A stretch of 64,000 bases of DNA, taken from contig JAZRWN010000113.1 of the NCBI GenBank assembly GCA_045599725.1, positions 1,966 to 65,965 on the forward strand, written 5' to 3'. Every line of letters starts with the position of its first letter. The stretch's first letter is position 1. This DNA comes from Candidatus Cryptobacteroides sp. (lineage in GTDB: Bacteria; Bacteroidota; Bacteroidia; Bacteroidales; UBA932). Below the pieces are notes generated by a model. The model saw only the letters and a program-made list of their open reading frames with translations. It searched no databases and was not told the DNA's origin. Shown one piece after another: positions 10,246-20,904 of this stretch. The position numbers and the translations under genes were made by a program.

Positions 10246-10291
10246 AAGTCTTAATTTATTATATTTGCGTCAGCAATCACAAATTACGCAA

Positions 10292-10876
10292 ATGTTTTCG
10301 GAAAATACAATAAAAACGGGCTGCGTTGAAGTCATTTGCGGCTCCATGTTTTCAGGTAAGACAGAAGAACTTATCCGCCGTCTCAAGAGGGCCCAGTTCG
10401 CCAATCAGAAAATAGCCATCTTCAAGCCTACGATAGACAACCGCTATTCCGATGTGGATGTAGTCTCGCATGATCTTCACAGCCTGACGTCGACCCCGGT
10501 CAGCACACCTGTCAAGATGCTTGAGATCGGAGATGATGTAAAAGTGGTGGGCATAGACGAGGCTCAGTTCTTCGACGCGAGTCTCATCGATGTGGTCCAG
10601 ACACTTGCGAACAGGGGAGTGAGGGTGATTGTTGCAGGTCTTGACACTGATTATCTCGGTAAGCCTTTCGGACCTATGCCGGCTCTGATGGCGATAGCCG
10701 AGGATGTGCAGAAAGTCCACGCCATCTGCGTGAAATGCGGCAACCTCGCCAACCATTCGCACCGTCTTTCGTCCAGCACCAAGCTCGTGGAACTCGGCGA
10801 GAAGGACATCTACGAGCCTCTCTGCCGCCAGTGCTACAATGCTGCCAGGGCGGAGGAGCTCAAATCGCAGAAATAA
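10292..10876 (+). CDS. tdk: Thymidine kinase (true start ATG 10292; ORF-track 5' extension is antisense shadow)
   Basis: [38 protein letters not shown]; TATATTTG at 10260. Confidence 0.96.
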   Translation: MFSENTIKTGCVEVICGSMFSGKTEELIRRLKRAQFANQKIAIFKPTIDNRYSDVDVVSHDLHSLTSTPVSTPVKMLEIGDDVKVVGIDEAQFFDASLIDVVQTLANRGVRVIVAGLDTDYLGKPFGPMPALMAIAEDVQKVHAICVKCGNLANHSHRLSSSTKLVELGEKDIYEPLCRQCYNAARAEELKSQK

Positions 10877-11899
10877 TCATTCCTTGATCATTTTCTTTGC
10901 CTGTTCAAGAGCGTCTATCACACGGTCGCACCAGGCATCGAATTCCGGGTCTTCAGTCTGATACTCCGGATGAGCGAGTATGTTCTCGATGGTCATGCGT
11001 ATTCCCTGCTCGAAACGCACTGTCGGCTGGAACCCCGGTACGGCTCTTTTCAGTTTCGAGTTGTCGAAAATCACGCACCAGGACTTGTCACCGGTGAGTT
11101 CGCCCTTGAAATCGTACGGGGCTGTCTCGTCAAGGAAGTCAGAAGCGACATAGTATGGCTTGAACTCGACTCCAAGGACATCCGCGATGGTCTGGTAGAT
11201 CTGGTTCCAGGTCAATGTCTCGTCATTGGTGATCTGGAACGCTCCGCCGATGGCGTGAGGATTGCCCATAAGCCCGATGAAGCCCTTTGCGAAATCTGAG
11301 TTGTGGGTCATGGCCCAGAGGGAGGTGCCGTCTCCGTGAAGTATCACTTTCTTGCCCTGAAGCATTCTCCGGGCAACCTGCCAGGATCCTTTGTCTCCGT
11401 GCACTGCCAGAGGGATGGCTCTCTCGTCGTAAGTGTGGCTCGGACGTATGATGGTCACAGGGTAGCCTTCCTCGCGGTGTTTCTTCATGAGGAACTCCTC
11501 GCAGGCGATCTTGTTCCGGGAGTACTCCCAGTATGGATTCACGAGTGGTGTGCCCTCGGTGATGTACGGGCTTGTGGCGGGTTTCTGGTATGCCGATGCG
11601 GAGCTTATGTACATGTACTGCCTGGTCCTGCCGTTGAACAGTCTCCAGTCTCTTTCCACCTGCTCCGGCACGAAACCTATGAAATCGCAGACGCAGTCCC
11701 ATTTCATTCCTTCGAGTTTCGCGGCCACGTCAGCCTCGTCGTTTATGTCAGCCTTGATGATGTGCACGTTCTCCGGGATGACCTCTGAGCGCGTGCCTCT
11801 GTTGAGAAGCCACAGTTCCCATTCGTTCCCGCTTGCTATTTCCTTTGTGATGGCGGTGCTGATCTTGCCGGTTCCGCCGATGAAGAGAGCTTTTTTCAT
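10877..11899 (-). CDS. NAD-dependent epimerase/dehydratase (extended SDR)
   Basis: IGGTGKIS Rossmann motif, YISSASAY, YSRNK (YxxxK), IRPSHTY. Confidence 0.88.
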   Translation of the reverse strand: MKKALFIGGTGKISTAITKEIASGNEWELWLLNRGTRSEVIPENVHIIKADINDEADVAAKLEGMKWDCVCDFIGFVPEQVERDWRLFNGRTRQYMYISSASAYQKPATSPYITEGTPLVNPYWEYSRNKIACEEFLMKKHREEGYPVTIIRPSHTYDERAIPLAVHGDKGSWQVARRMLQGKKVILHGDGTSLWAMTHNSDFAKGFIGLMGNPHAIGGAFQITNDETLTWNQIYQTIADVLGVEFKPYYVASDFLDETAPYDFKGELTGDKSWCVIFDNSKLKRAVPGFQPTVRFEQGIRMTIENILAHPEYQTEDPEFDAWCDRVIDALEQAKKMIKE

Positions 11900-11978
11900 A
11901 ATTGCAGTACAGTTGTTTCACGAAATATACGAAAAGTTTGATTAAATTTGTGTGTAACCCAACAAGAACGTCTCCACT

Positions 11979-12893
11979 ATGAAAGCCAAGTTCATCTTCC
12001 TCGCAGCAGCCCTTCTTCTCTCGTTTTCGGCCGCAGCCCAGCCCGAAGTCCCGGAATACATGGTCTTTGCCGGCGATACTGTACGTTTCGACAGGGGCGA
12101 CCTCAGGGAAAGGATGGACCGCGAGATACTCACATTCTGCTACATGCACTCTACTTCCGTGCTGATGATCAAACGGGCCAACAGATATTTCCCGCAGATA
12201 GAACCTCTGCTGAGGCTCCAGGGAGTTCCTGACGATCTCAAATACCTGATGGTCATTGAGAGCAACTTGGACCCGAAGGCTCAGTCTGCAGCCGGGGCCG
12301 CAGGCCTGTGGCAGTTCATGAAGGAGACCGCGAAAGAGTACGGACTGGTCGTGGACTCGGAGGTGGATGAGAGGTACAATGTGGAGAAGGAGACCCTTGC
12401 GGCATGCAGGTATCTGAAGCGTGCGTATGAGAAATTCGGTGACTGGATGACGGTGGCGGCCAGTTACAATGCCGGCCAGGCGGGTATCTCCAAACGGCTT
12501 TCAGACCAGCATCAGAATTCGGCTCTTGACCTGTGGATGGTAGAGGAGACTTCCCGTTATATGTTCAGGATACTGGCGGCCAAACTGTATTTCGCCAATC
12601 CTTCCGCCTTCGGCTTCAATTTCACGGCTGAGGACCTCTATCCTTATATTCCGCCCCGTGAGGAAGTCACTGTGTCAGGCCCGGTGGCAAGTCTGGTCGA
12701 CTTTGCTGAAAAGCATGGGGTGAGCTATTATGACCTGAAGCGGGAGAACCTGTGGCTCCGCGATTCTAAACTTGTCAACAGCGCCCACCGCACTTACAAT
12801 ATCGCGATTCCGGATCTGGAGGCTGAACGCTATGACCCTTCAAAAACGAAAGTGCACAGCAGGGCTTGGGTGAGACCGATAGGTTTCAAATAG
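11979..12893 (+). CDS. Lytic transglycosylase (SLT domain, MltD-like)
   Basis: Signal peptide; IES catalytic motif, AAGLWQFM, ASYNAG, EETSRY. Confidence 0.92.
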   Translation: MKAKFIFLAAALLLSFSAAAQPEVPEYMVFAGDTVRFDRGDLRERMDREILTFCYMHSTSVLMIKRANRYFPQIEPLLRLQGVPDDLKYLMVIESNLDPKAQSAAGAAGLWQFMKETAKEYGLVVDSEVDERYNVEKETLAACRYLKRAYEKFGDWMTVAASYNAGQAGISKRLSDQHQNSALDLWMVEETSRYMFRILAAKLYFANPSAFGFNFTAEDLYPYIPPREEVTVSGPVASLVDFAEKHGVSYYDLKRENLWLRDSKLVNSAHRTYNIAIPDLEAERYDPSKTKVHSRAWVRPIGFK

Positions 12894-12896
12894 TGC

Positions 12897-13787
12897 TCAG
12901 AGCACGTCCAGGTCCAGACAGACGCCGGCTCTGACGATGGAGAACGGCCAGTCGTCCAGACCTTTTCTCCAAGTGATGAAGGGGGAGACTTTCCCGAAAT
13001 GTGCGGCTGCTTCGAGAGAGAGGCTTTTCGGCGCGTCGCCGGACAAGTCGCTTTTCTTCTTCTCTAGTCCGGTGTACTGCCCGTATTCAGCTGACAATGT
13101 GATGATTCTGCTGCGGTACGAGGTTTTAACCCCGAGCATCAGCGCATCGTTCTGAGAACCTCTGTCTATCTGCCAGCACAGGAAGCCGGCGGTGGCGGAG
13201 ATTCTGAAAGCACTGCTTTCTCCGAGCGGGATGTTCTTGCCGGCGGAGATGTCGAAGAAATACCCCGTGGCGTCATAGTGCCTGGCCATCTCGTATTTGT
13301 CTCCTGTCGCGGACTGAGTAGCCGCTCTGAGGGCGATCGACGGGCGTTTTCCGCTTTCCTTGAGGACAAGCATGTCAATGCTGAAATATACATTGCCGGC
13401 TGACTCTTCTTTCAGCGGATACTGCTCCGAGACCCTTCTGGCGGCACGGGTCTGTGGGGTGTCGTTGAACCATTCGTGCATCTCCCCCCACACGCTGAGC
13501 GTGGCTCTGTCGGTCCAGAGCGGGACGCTGGCCCTGAAAGTCGCGGCTCCGGTCTTGTCCAGACAGTCCTTCCCGGCCAAAGTCCCGGCAGCATAATCTC
13601 CTGACATCTCAAGGTGCAGGGTGCTGCAGATCCCGCCTTCGAGCAGTTCGGGTACGGGAAATGCATACGGCCCGAAGTATTCCGGACTGATGTATGAAAT
13701 GCCGTGCTGCTCTTTCTCTAGGGGAACTTGTGCCCCGGCGGTGCCGCAGAACAAGATAGATGTGGCTATGAGAATCTTCTTCAGCAT
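12897..13787 (-). CDS. Hypothetical exported protein, possibly outer-membrane beta-barrel
   Basis: Signal peptide; alternating beta-strand patterns; no catalytic motif recognised. Confidence 0.65.
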   Translation of the reverse strand: MLKKILIATSILFCGTAGAQVPLEKEQHGISYISPEYFGPYAFPVPELLEGGICSTLHLEMSGDYAAGTLAGKDCLDKTGAATFRASVPLWTDRATLSVWGEMHEWFNDTPQTRAARRVSEQYPLKEESAGNVYFSIDMLVLKESGKRPSIALRAATQSATGDKYEMARHYDATGYFFDISAGKNIPLGESSAFRISATAGFLCWQIDRGSQNDALMLGVKTSYRSRIITLSAEYGQYTGLEKKKSDLSGDAPKSLSLEAAAHFGKVSPFITWRKGLDDWPFSIVRAGVCLDLDVL

Positions 13788-13807
13788 GGGGTTTGTAAAG
13801 AATATTA

Positions 13808-15403
13808 TTACAATTCGTGATCTAGCAGGACAAGCACATCATTTTCGCACAGGATGGTGTCGCCGTCAGGGATTATTCCTTCCTCTCCACGCTTGATCAT
13901 CACTACCAGAGACTTGACATGGTCCGGATGGTCCTTGATCCTTTTTCCTATCCAGGCGCTGTTCTTCGATATCTGATGCTCCTTGAGACTTGCCTCAGTC
14001 TCGTTCTGATAAGTCTTGCTGCAGAAAATCACCCTGTCCCCGGCATTGAGCACAGTGTGCCCATTCGGCACAATGTGCTGCTTTCCCCTGATGACCATGG
14101 TGATGAGCATTTCCTTCGGCATGCCGAGATCCTTGATGGACTTCCCGTTCCAAGGGCAGTCCTCGCGTACGTCAATACGTCCGAAGGACACCTCGGTGGT
14201 CTCGCTGAAGTCGCTGAAGGTCCTCATGATGTCCTCGTTCATGTCCGTCATGCCGAAGGCCTTGGCAGCCCACGGGATGAGCGAGCCCTGAAGCGAGATG
14301 GAGATGAGAACGATGATGAACACGACGCTGAATATGTCATGGTCGAGCGCCGCGCCCTGGTTGATGGTCATGATGGCGAACACGATGGAGGCCACACCTC
14401 TCAGGCCGACGAATGACACCAGGCCTACCTGCTTCGCAGGGTATTTGTGGAACGGGGAGAGTATGGAAGTGACAGCCAGAGGGCGTGCAACAAGCGTGAG
14501 GAACAGGAATACAGCCACTGCCGGGATGACTGATTCAAGCAATGGCATCTTTGCGGCCACAAGGCCGAGTATGAAGAATAGTGCTATCTGCATCAGGCTT
14601 GTTACTCCGTCGAAGAAGCCTATCAGGGCCTTCCTGCCGTGGAATTCGTTGTTCCCCAGCACTATTCCGACGATATAGGTGCTGAGATAGCCGTTACCGC
14701 CGATGACACAAGGGATGGCATATCCGAGGATGGCGATGGCGAGGATGAAAAGGGAGTTGAAACCATCCGGAAGTCTGTTGCGCTTCAGGAGGAACAATGC
14801 TCCCTGCGAAATCAGCAGACCACAAGCGGCGCCGAATATGAGCTGCTTGAATATCATGCCCACCACCATTCCGCCGGAGGCTGTGCCGCTGAGCACGGCA
14901 AGCATCACGACTGTCAGCATGTAGGAACAAGGGTCGTTCGAGCCGCTTTCAATCTCCAGCATCGGGGCGGTGTTGTTCTTCAGACCCATCTTGTGAGAAC
15001 GTAGAATGGAGAACACGGTGGCCGCGTCTGTCGAGCTGATCACCGATCCCATGAGAAAACTTTCCGCCCATCCCCATCTCAGGGCGAAATGGCAGAAAAG
15101 CCCCAGTATCGCAGCAGTAAGGAACACCCCCACAGTGGCCAGCATTCCAGCTTCGACGGCCACAGGCCTTGCGGATTTCCAGCTTGTGCCGAATCCACCG
15201 TAGAACATTATGAAAATGAGAGCAATGGAGCAAAGGATCTCCACATTCCCGGTGGTGCCGGCGTTGAACTGTTCATAACGTCCGAACAGCATTCCAAGGA
15301 ATATGAAAAGCAGGAGGACGGGGACTCCGACTCTGCTTGACACCTTGTTGAGGAAAACGCAGATGAAGATTATGACAGCTATGACGATGAGGTATTTGAC
15401 CAT
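13808..15403 (-). CDS. K+/H+ antiporter, CvrA/NhaP2 family, with two C-terminal TrkA-C domains
   Basis: SSTDAATVFSIL, LEIESGSNDP, GLRGVASIVFA; two P[ND]G.T.L TrkA-C signatures. Confidence 0.92.
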   Translation of the reverse strand: MVKYLIVIAVIIFICVFLNKVSSRVGVPVLLLFIFLGMLFGRYEQFNAGTTGNVEILCSIALIFIMFYGGFGTSWKSARPVAVEAGMLATVGVFLTAAILGLFCHFALRWGWAESFLMGSVISSTDAATVFSILRSHKMGLKNNTAPMLEIESGSNDPCSYMLTVVMLAVLSGTASGGMVVGMIFKQLIFGAACGLLISQGALFLLKRNRLPDGFNSLFILAIAILGYAIPCVIGGNGYLSTYIVGIVLGNNEFHGRKALIGFFDGVTSLMQIALFFILGLVAAKMPLLESVIPAVAVFLFLTLVARPLAVTSILSPFHKYPAKQVGLVSFVGLRGVASIVFAIMTINQGAALDHDIFSVVFIIVLISISLQGSLIPWAAKAFGMTDMNEDIMRTFSDFSETTEVSFGRIDVREDCPWNGKSIKDLGMPKEMLITMVIRGKQHIVPNGHTVLNAGDRVIFCSKTYQNETEASLKEHQISKNSAWIGKRIKDHPDHVKSLVVMIKRGEEGIIPDGDTILCENDVLVLLDHEL

Positions 15404-15488
15404 AAAGACAGGAATCTCGGATTTGTGCCTGTTGCAAATTTAGGCATTTTTGTTTATATTCGAAGAAATATCCTTAACGGGCGAAATT

Positions 15489-15926
15489 ATGAAATCTGTT
15501 TATTCCAACACCACGAACCCGATTCGTGCCAAATGGTTTGCCGGCATTTTCATTTGCCTGTGCCTGGCACTTGCAGTCCTCTACTGGTTTGTCGATTTTG
15601 ATGGTATCAACCTGTTCACGCTGGGCGTCCAGTCTGCTTTTTGGATATATTTCATCCTTTACAGTTATTTGAACAAAATTGTGGTGGATGAAGACGAGAT
15701 GATCCTGTATAACAGCAACACCAGCAAATATCCCATAAAAATCCAGGCCATTTCATACATTACCTTCAAAGAGAGCAAGAAAGGCAGGTACCGTTCGCTG
15801 TTCGTCCATGACAATGATGTTCATTATCTGGATCTTCATACCTCGAAGAAGAATGCCCTTACGATAGCCGACCAGCTGCTGAAACTCAATCCGGCCATCG
15901 AGGTAAGACATCAGAATTACCTGTGA
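15489..15926 (+). CDS. Hypothetical membrane protein (two TM helices plus small soluble domain)
   Basis: AT-richer ORF; two hydrophobic helices; ends convergently overlapping the GNAT gene. Confidence 0.65.
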   Translation: MKSVYSNTTNPIRAKWFAGIFICLCLALAVLYWFVDFDGINLFTLGVQSAFWIYFILYSYLNKIVVDEDEMILYNSNTSKYPIKIQAISYITFKESKKGRYRSLFVHDNDVHYLDLHTSKKNALTIADQLLKLNPAIEVRHQNYL

Positions 15927-16492
15927 CATTCTGTTTCGAGAATCATCTTCAGATACTTTTCTCCGAACGCGTGGATCTCCCGGTCTTCCTTGAACCCCAG
16001 CTCGGCATAATAGCAGCGAAGGTCAGGCTTGCTGCACTCGGCGATTAGAGAGAACCTGCTGAATCCTAGATTCCTGCCTGCTGAAATGGCATCCTTTATC
16101 AGACAATGCCCTATGCCGTATCCGCGGAATTCCGGACGCACGGCCATGGAGTCAAGGTAGAATTCTCCCGGACCGGTCTCTTCCTCGGAGTCGTCCATCG
16201 ACCTGCCGGCTTCCCTGAAATACCTGAAAGTGCGTTCTCTGTTCTCGAGATAGGTGCCTCCGTCATAAGATATCAGGCAGCCTGCCGGCACTTCTCCCAC
16301 CTCCGCGATCCTTGCGTTCCGCCATGAATACAAGGTGTCGTCAAGGGAGCAGACCTTGAGGGCGATTTCATTCTCCACAGATTCGTGCTTGAAATCGTAC
16401 AGGTCGACGGATGCTAGCATGCACTGTGCCACGAATGGGACGTCCTCCCTCGTGGCCTGGCGTATCAGCAGCTGTCCGTCTGGTATTGTCAT
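15917..16492 (-). CDS. GNAT-family N-acetyltransferase
   Basis: IRQATRED, YLDSMAVRPEFRGYGIG, YYAELGF; a minus-strand TATATTTG at ~16500-16507 argues for ATG 16492. Confidence 0.88.
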   Translation of the reverse strand: MTIPDGQLLIRQATREDVPFVAQCMLASVDLYDFKHESVENEIALKVCSLDDTLYSWRNARIAEVGEVPAGCLISYDGGTYLENRERTFRYFREAGRSMDDSEEETGPGEFYLDSMAVRPEFRGYGIGHCLIKDAISAGRNLGFSRFSLIAECSKPDLRCYYAELGFKEDREIHAFGEKYLKMILETECHR

Positions 16493-16604
16493 TTCCCTGC
16501 AAATATAAGCCAAAATACCGTTTTAACTCAGATTTATTTGTTATTCAAAACCAAAATCGTAAATTAGCGAATTAAATCCGGTACTTTCGGAAATAGTAGT
16601 GTAT

Positions 16605-18887
16605 ATGGACATATCTTCAACATCGAATTCCCAGGTTCAGATAGCGGAAGTCGCTACTCGAATAAAGGAAATGCGTGCGATCATGGGTCTCTCGCGCGCT
16701 GAAATCGCAGAAATGACCCAGATCAGCGAGGAGCAGTACGACCTCTATGAGTCGGGTCGCGAAGACCTTCCTTTCTCTTTCATCTACAGCTGTGCACGAA
16801 TCTTCAAGATGGAGCTTACCGAGCTGCTTGAAGGAAACAATGCCAGACTGTCCTCCTACACTATCACTCGCCGTGGGAAGGGACAGCTTACGTCCAAGGA
16901 AGAAGGCATCGAGATCAGCAACATGGCCCCTCTCTTCAGAAAGAAAGTTGCAGAGCCATATTGGGTCACATACAAGTATTCAGAAGAACTCCAGAATCTT
17001 CCTATTCATACAGATGTCCACAACGGACAGGAGTTCGACCTTGTGATCAGCGGCCAGCTGAAGGTCAAGATCGGCGAGCACTGCACCATACTCGATGAAG
17101 GTGACAGCATCTACTATGACTCTTCCACCCCTCACGGAATGATAGCTACAGGCGGCAAGGACTGCACCTTCTGCGCTGTAATCCTCCCTGGAGAGAAGAC
17201 AGGTTACGATGAGTCCGAGGTTGCAGGCACGCTTTCACCTGACAAGCTCACCGAACCTCTGGCAGTCGAGGATTTCGTCAAGGTCCAGGTCGACAAGCAG
17301 GGAGTTCCTGAAAAAGTCACTTTCCAGAACGAGGAGAACTACAATTTCGCATTCGATACCATCGACCGCATCGCCGACGCCCATCCGGACAAGAAGGCGA
17401 TGATATATGTTGGTGACGATTTCAAGGCCAAAACCATCACTTACGGAGATCTGAAGAAGAATTCAAACCGTTGCGCGAACTATTTCACCTCGATCGGCAT
17501 AAAGAAAGGCGACCATGTGATGCTCATCCTGAAGCGCCACTGGCAGTTCTGGTATGCCATCCTCGGACTGAACAAGATAGGTGCGGTCGCCATCCCGGCC
17601 ACCAACCAGCTGAAGGAGCATGACCTCAGTTTCCGATTCACCAAAGGAGATGTCAGCGGCATCATCTGCACTTCTGACGGAGACCTCGCTGACCAGGTGG
17701 ACAGCGCTCTGGAGAAATATGACGGCATGAAGGTGAAGGTCATCACCGGCGGAAGACGTGAAGGCTGGAGGTCATTCGACGATGACTACGAGATGTTCAG
17801 CACCCATTACTCCCGCAGGGAGGACACTCCGAAGGGCAATGATATCATGCTGATGATGTTTACTTCCGGTACCTCGGGATACCCGAAACTTGTCATGCAT
17901 ACTTACAAATATGCCCTCGGACACTATATCACAGCAAGATACTGGCATGGCGTGGATCCTGACGGAGTGCATTTCACCATCTCCGAGACAGGCTGGGGCA
18001 AGGCTCTCTGGGGCAAGCTCTTCGGCCAGTGGATGTGTGAAGGATGCATCCTGGTGTATGATTTCAACAAGTTCAATGCGGCCAATGTCCTGCGCATCGT
18101 CTCCAAGTACAAGGTTACTTCATTCTGCGCACCTCCTACGATGTACAGAATGCTTCTCAAGGAGAATTTTGATGAATATGACCTCTCTTCCGTCAAGGAG
18201 GCCACGACAGCGGGTGAGGCTCTCAACACCGAGGCATACAACCAGTTCGAACGTGCCACCGGTCTGAAGATCCGTCAGGGCTTCGGACAGACCGAAACCA
18301 CTCTCTGTATCGGCACGCTCCGTGGCATGCAGAACAAGGAAGGCTCCATGGGCAAGCCTCTTGCTCATTTCAATATCGACATCATCAACAGGGAAGGCAA
18401 GTCCTGCGCATCCGGAGAGTCCGGTGAAATCGTCCTTAGCATGAAGGACGGTGGTCCTGTAGGACTGGCGAAAGGCTATTACAACGACCCTGATGAGAAT
18501 GCCGAGAAGTGGTGCGACGGCTGGTATCATACCGGTGATGCGGCATGGAAGGATGAGGATGGCTACTACAGGTACATCGGCCGTGTGGATGATGTCATCA
18601 AGTCCTCAGGCTACCGTATCGGACCTTTCGAGATCGAAGATATCATTCTCAAGCTCCCTTATGTACTTGACTGTGGCGTATCGGCTGCTCCGGACGAAGT
18701 GAGAGGACAAGTGGTCAAGGCCAGCATCGTCCTTGCTCCGGGAGTCGAAGGCACGGACGCCCTCAAGAAGCAGATCCAGGAATATGTCAAGAGCCATACG
18801 GCTCCTTACAAGTATCCGAGGATCATCGTGTTCAAGGATTCACTTCCAAAGACCATCAGTGGAAAGGTAATAAGACATTTACTATAA
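16605..18887 (+). CDS. Fusion: XRE HTH + cupin regulator + acyl-CoA synthetase (AMP-binding)
   Basis: RIKEMR...YESG HTH; HNGQEF...DSSTPH cupin; FTSGTSGYPK, GFGQTE, WYHTGD, GRVDDVIKSSGYRIGP, PKTISGK adenylation motifs in one uninterrupted frame. Confidence 0.92.
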   Translation: MDISSTSNSQVQIAEVATRIKEMRAIMGLSRAEIAEMTQISEEQYDLYESGREDLPFSFIYSCARIFKMELTELLEGNNARLSSYTITRRGKGQLTSKEEGIEISNMAPLFRKKVAEPYWVTYKYSEELQNLPIHTDVHNGQEFDLVISGQLKVKIGEHCTILDEGDSIYYDSSTPHGMIATGGKDCTFCAVILPGEKTGYDESEVAGTLSPDKLTEPLAVEDFVKVQVDKQGVPEKVTFQNEENYNFAFDTIDRIADAHPDKKAMIYVGDDFKAKTITYGDLKKNSNRCANYFTSIGIKKGDHVMLILKRHWQFWYAILGLNKIGAVAIPATNQLKEHDLSFRFTKGDVSGIICTSDGDLADQVDSALEKYDGMKVKVITGGRREGWRSFDDDYEMFSTHYSRREDTPKGNDIMLMMFTSGTSGYPKLVMHTYKYALGHYITARYWHGVDPDGVHFTISETGWGKALWGKLFGQWMCEGCILVYDFNKFNAANVLRIVSKYKVTSFCAPPTMYRMLLKENFDEYDLSSVKEATTAGEALNTEAYNQFERATGLKIRQGFGQTETTLCIGTLRGMQNKEGSMGKPLAHFNIDIINREGKSCASGESGEIVLSMKDGGPVGLAKGYYNDPDENAEKWCDGWYHTGDAAWKDEDGYYRYIGRVDDVIKSSGYRIGPFEIEDIILKLPYVLDCGVSAAPDEVRGQVVKASIVLAPGVEGTDALKKQIQEYVKSHTAPYKYPRIIVFKDSLPKTISGKVIRHLL

Positions 18888-18888
18888 T

Positions 18889-19095
18889 ATGGCAAAACTT
18901 ACATTCAACTCAGATTTTTGCAAGGGCTGCGGACTCTGCGTGGAGGCCTGCCCGAAAGGATTGCTCTATATCGACAAGAACAGTCTCAACTTCAAAGGTT
19001 ACAACTACGCCGCCATCAGTGACCAGTCGGCGTGTATCGGCTGCGCGTTCTGCGCATCCATGTGTCCGGATTGTATAATTAAAGTAGAAAAATAA
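18889..19095 (+). CDS. 2x[4Fe-4S] ferredoxin-like delta subunit of 2-oxoacid:ferredoxin oxidoreductase
   Basis: CKGCGLCVEACP and CIGCAFCASMCP. Confidence 0.93.
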   Translation: MAKLTFNSDFCKGCGLCVEACPKGLLYIDKNSLNFKGYNYAAISDQSACIGCAFCASMCPDCIIKVEK

Positions 19096-19101
19096 CTGAA
19101 T

Positions 19102-20148
19102 ATGGGAAACAAAGTATTGATGAAGGGTAATGAAGCCCTGGCAGAATCCGCTATCCGTTCCGGTTGCAGATTCTACTACGGCTATCCTATTACCCCGCAG
19201 ACAGAGCTTGCCGAATATATGGCCAAGCAGATGCCTAAGAGAGGCGGGACTTTCCTCCAGGCGGAAAGTGAGATTGCCGCCATCAGCATGGTTTATGGCA
19301 CATCAGCTGCCGGAAAGCGCGTCATGACGTCATCCTCATCTCCTGGTATCTCCCTCAAGCAGGAGGGTATCTCCTATCTGGCAGGAAGCAACCTTCCGGC
19401 AGTGATCGTGAATGTCCAGCGCGGCGGTCCTGGCCTCGGAGGCATCCAGCCTTCCCAGTCAGACTACTGGCAGGCTACAAAGGGCGGCGGACACGGTGAC
19501 TATCATCTCATCGTCCTTGCCCCTTCAACAGTTCAGGAGATGGCAGACCTCACTTTCCTTGCATTCGACCTCGCTGACAAGTACAGAGTGCAGGTTATGA
19601 TCCTCGCAGACGGTACTGTCGGCCAGATGATGGAGCCGGTCGAGCTTCCGGACCCTGTTGTCAACGAGTATGACAAGCCATGGGCTCTCAGAGGCAACAA
19701 CGGCGCCAAGTCCAAGGTCATCACTTCTCTTTCCCTCTCTCCTGAGGAGCTTGAGCAGTGGAACTACAACAACTTTGACAAGTATCATGAGATCGAGGCC
19801 AACGAACAGCGCGCCGAGGAGTTCATGATGGATGATGCTGAGGTCTGTGTCGTCGCATTCGGCATTTCAGCCCGCGTCTCCCGCAACGCCGTCCTCGCCG
19901 CTCGCGCGAAGGGTATCAAGGCCGGAATGATCAGACCGATCACCCTTTATCCTTTCCCGACCGATGTCCTCAAGAAGGCGGCTTCCCATGTAGACCGTTT
20001 CATCAGCGTCGAGCTCAATATGGGACAGATGATAGATGATGTGAAGCTTGCAATTGACTGCAGCAAGCCTGTATCTCTCTGTAACCGTGTCGGTGGTGTC
20101 ATCGTCACCCCTGAAGAAGTACTTGCAGCCATTGAAAAAGGAGAATAG
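19102..20148 (+). CDS. vorB: 2-oxoacid:ferredoxin oxidoreductase alpha subunit, VorB-like (2-oxoisovalerate type)
   Basis: MKGNEALAE, YYGYPITPQTE, QAESEIAA, TSSSSPGISLKQE, QPSQSDY, KGGGHGDY, ELNMGQM. Confidence 0.88.
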   Translation: MGNKVLMKGNEALAESAIRSGCRFYYGYPITPQTELAEYMAKQMPKRGGTFLQAESEIAAISMVYGTSAAGKRVMTSSSSPGISLKQEGISYLAGSNLPAVIVNVQRGGPGLGGIQPSQSDYWQATKGGGHGDYHLIVLAPSTVQEMADLTFLAFDLADKYRVQVMILADGTVGQMMEPVELPDPVVNEYDKPWALRGNNGAKSKVITSLSLSPEELEQWNYNNFDKYHEIEANEQRAEEFMMDDAEVCVVAFGISARVSRNAVLAARAKGIKAGMIRPITLYPFPTDVLKKAASHVDRFISVELNMGQMIDDVKLAIDCSKPVSLCNRVGGVIVTPEEVLAAIEKGE

Positions 20149-20150
20149 TC

Positions 20151-20891
20151 ATGATAGTATTTGAAAAACCAAAGTCACTCAAAGACGCGACTTTACACTA
20201 TTGTCCGGGTTGCGCCCACGGCATCGTCCACAGAATAGTGGCGCAGACAATCGACGAACTTGGCATCCAGGGACGTACCATTGGCATAGCACCTGTCGGA
20301 TGCTCAGTCTTCGCATATAATTACTTCGATGTTGACATGATTGAGGCTTCTCACGGAAGAGCTCCTGCTGTGGCCACCGGCATCAAGCGCGCCGACCCGA
20401 GCAAGATCGTGTTCTCTTATCAGGGAGACGGTGATCTCGCATCCATCGGTATGACCGAGACCGTTCACACCGCTGCCCGCGGCGAGAATCTCACCATCAT
20501 TTTCATCAATAACGCCATCTACGGAATGACTGGCGGCCAGATGGCTCCTACCACCCTTGAAGGTCAGGTGACCACCACCTCTCCTTATGGACGTGACCCT
20601 CATCTGGTGGGCTATCCTGTCAAGGTGAGCGAACTGCTCTCCACCCTCGAGTGCCCTTACTACATTGAGAGAGTCGCCGTCAACAACGTGAAGAACGTGA
20701 AGCGTGCTGAGAAGGCCATCAAGAAGGCTTTCCAGAACCAGATCGACGGAAAGGGATACTCATTCATCGAGGTTGTCGCCGCTTGCCCTACAAACTGGCA
20801 TATGGATCCTGTCAAGGCCAACCAGTGGGTTGACGAGGCCATGATCCCATACTATCCGCTCGGAGTTTACAGAGACAAGGACGCAAAGTAA
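20151..20891 (+). CDS. 2-oxoacid:ferredoxin oxidoreductase beta (TPP-binding) subunit
   Basis: HYCPGCAHG, PVGCS, HGRAPAVATG, YQGDGDLA...NNAIYGMTGGQ, CPTNW. Confidence 0.93.
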   Translation: MIVFEKPKSLKDATLHYCPGCAHGIVHRIVAQTIDELGIQGRTIGIAPVGCSVFAYNYFDVDMIEASHGRAPAVATGIKRADPSKIVFSYQGDGDLASIGMTETVHTAARGENLTIIFINNAIYGMTGGQMAPTTLEGQVTTTSPYGRDPHLVGYPVKVSELLSTLECPYYIERVAVNNVKNVKRAEKAIKKAFQNQIDGKGYSFIEVVAACPTNWHMDPVKANQWVDEAMIPYYPLGVYRDKDAK

Positions 20892-20904
20892 AGGAGGAAC
20901 GATT

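Noticed and set aside
9686-10291. Ser-rich 200-aa N-terminal extension of tdk in the ORF track
   Set aside because: Antisense of the Glu-rich gene 9574-10245; a promoter box at 10260 supports ATG 10292
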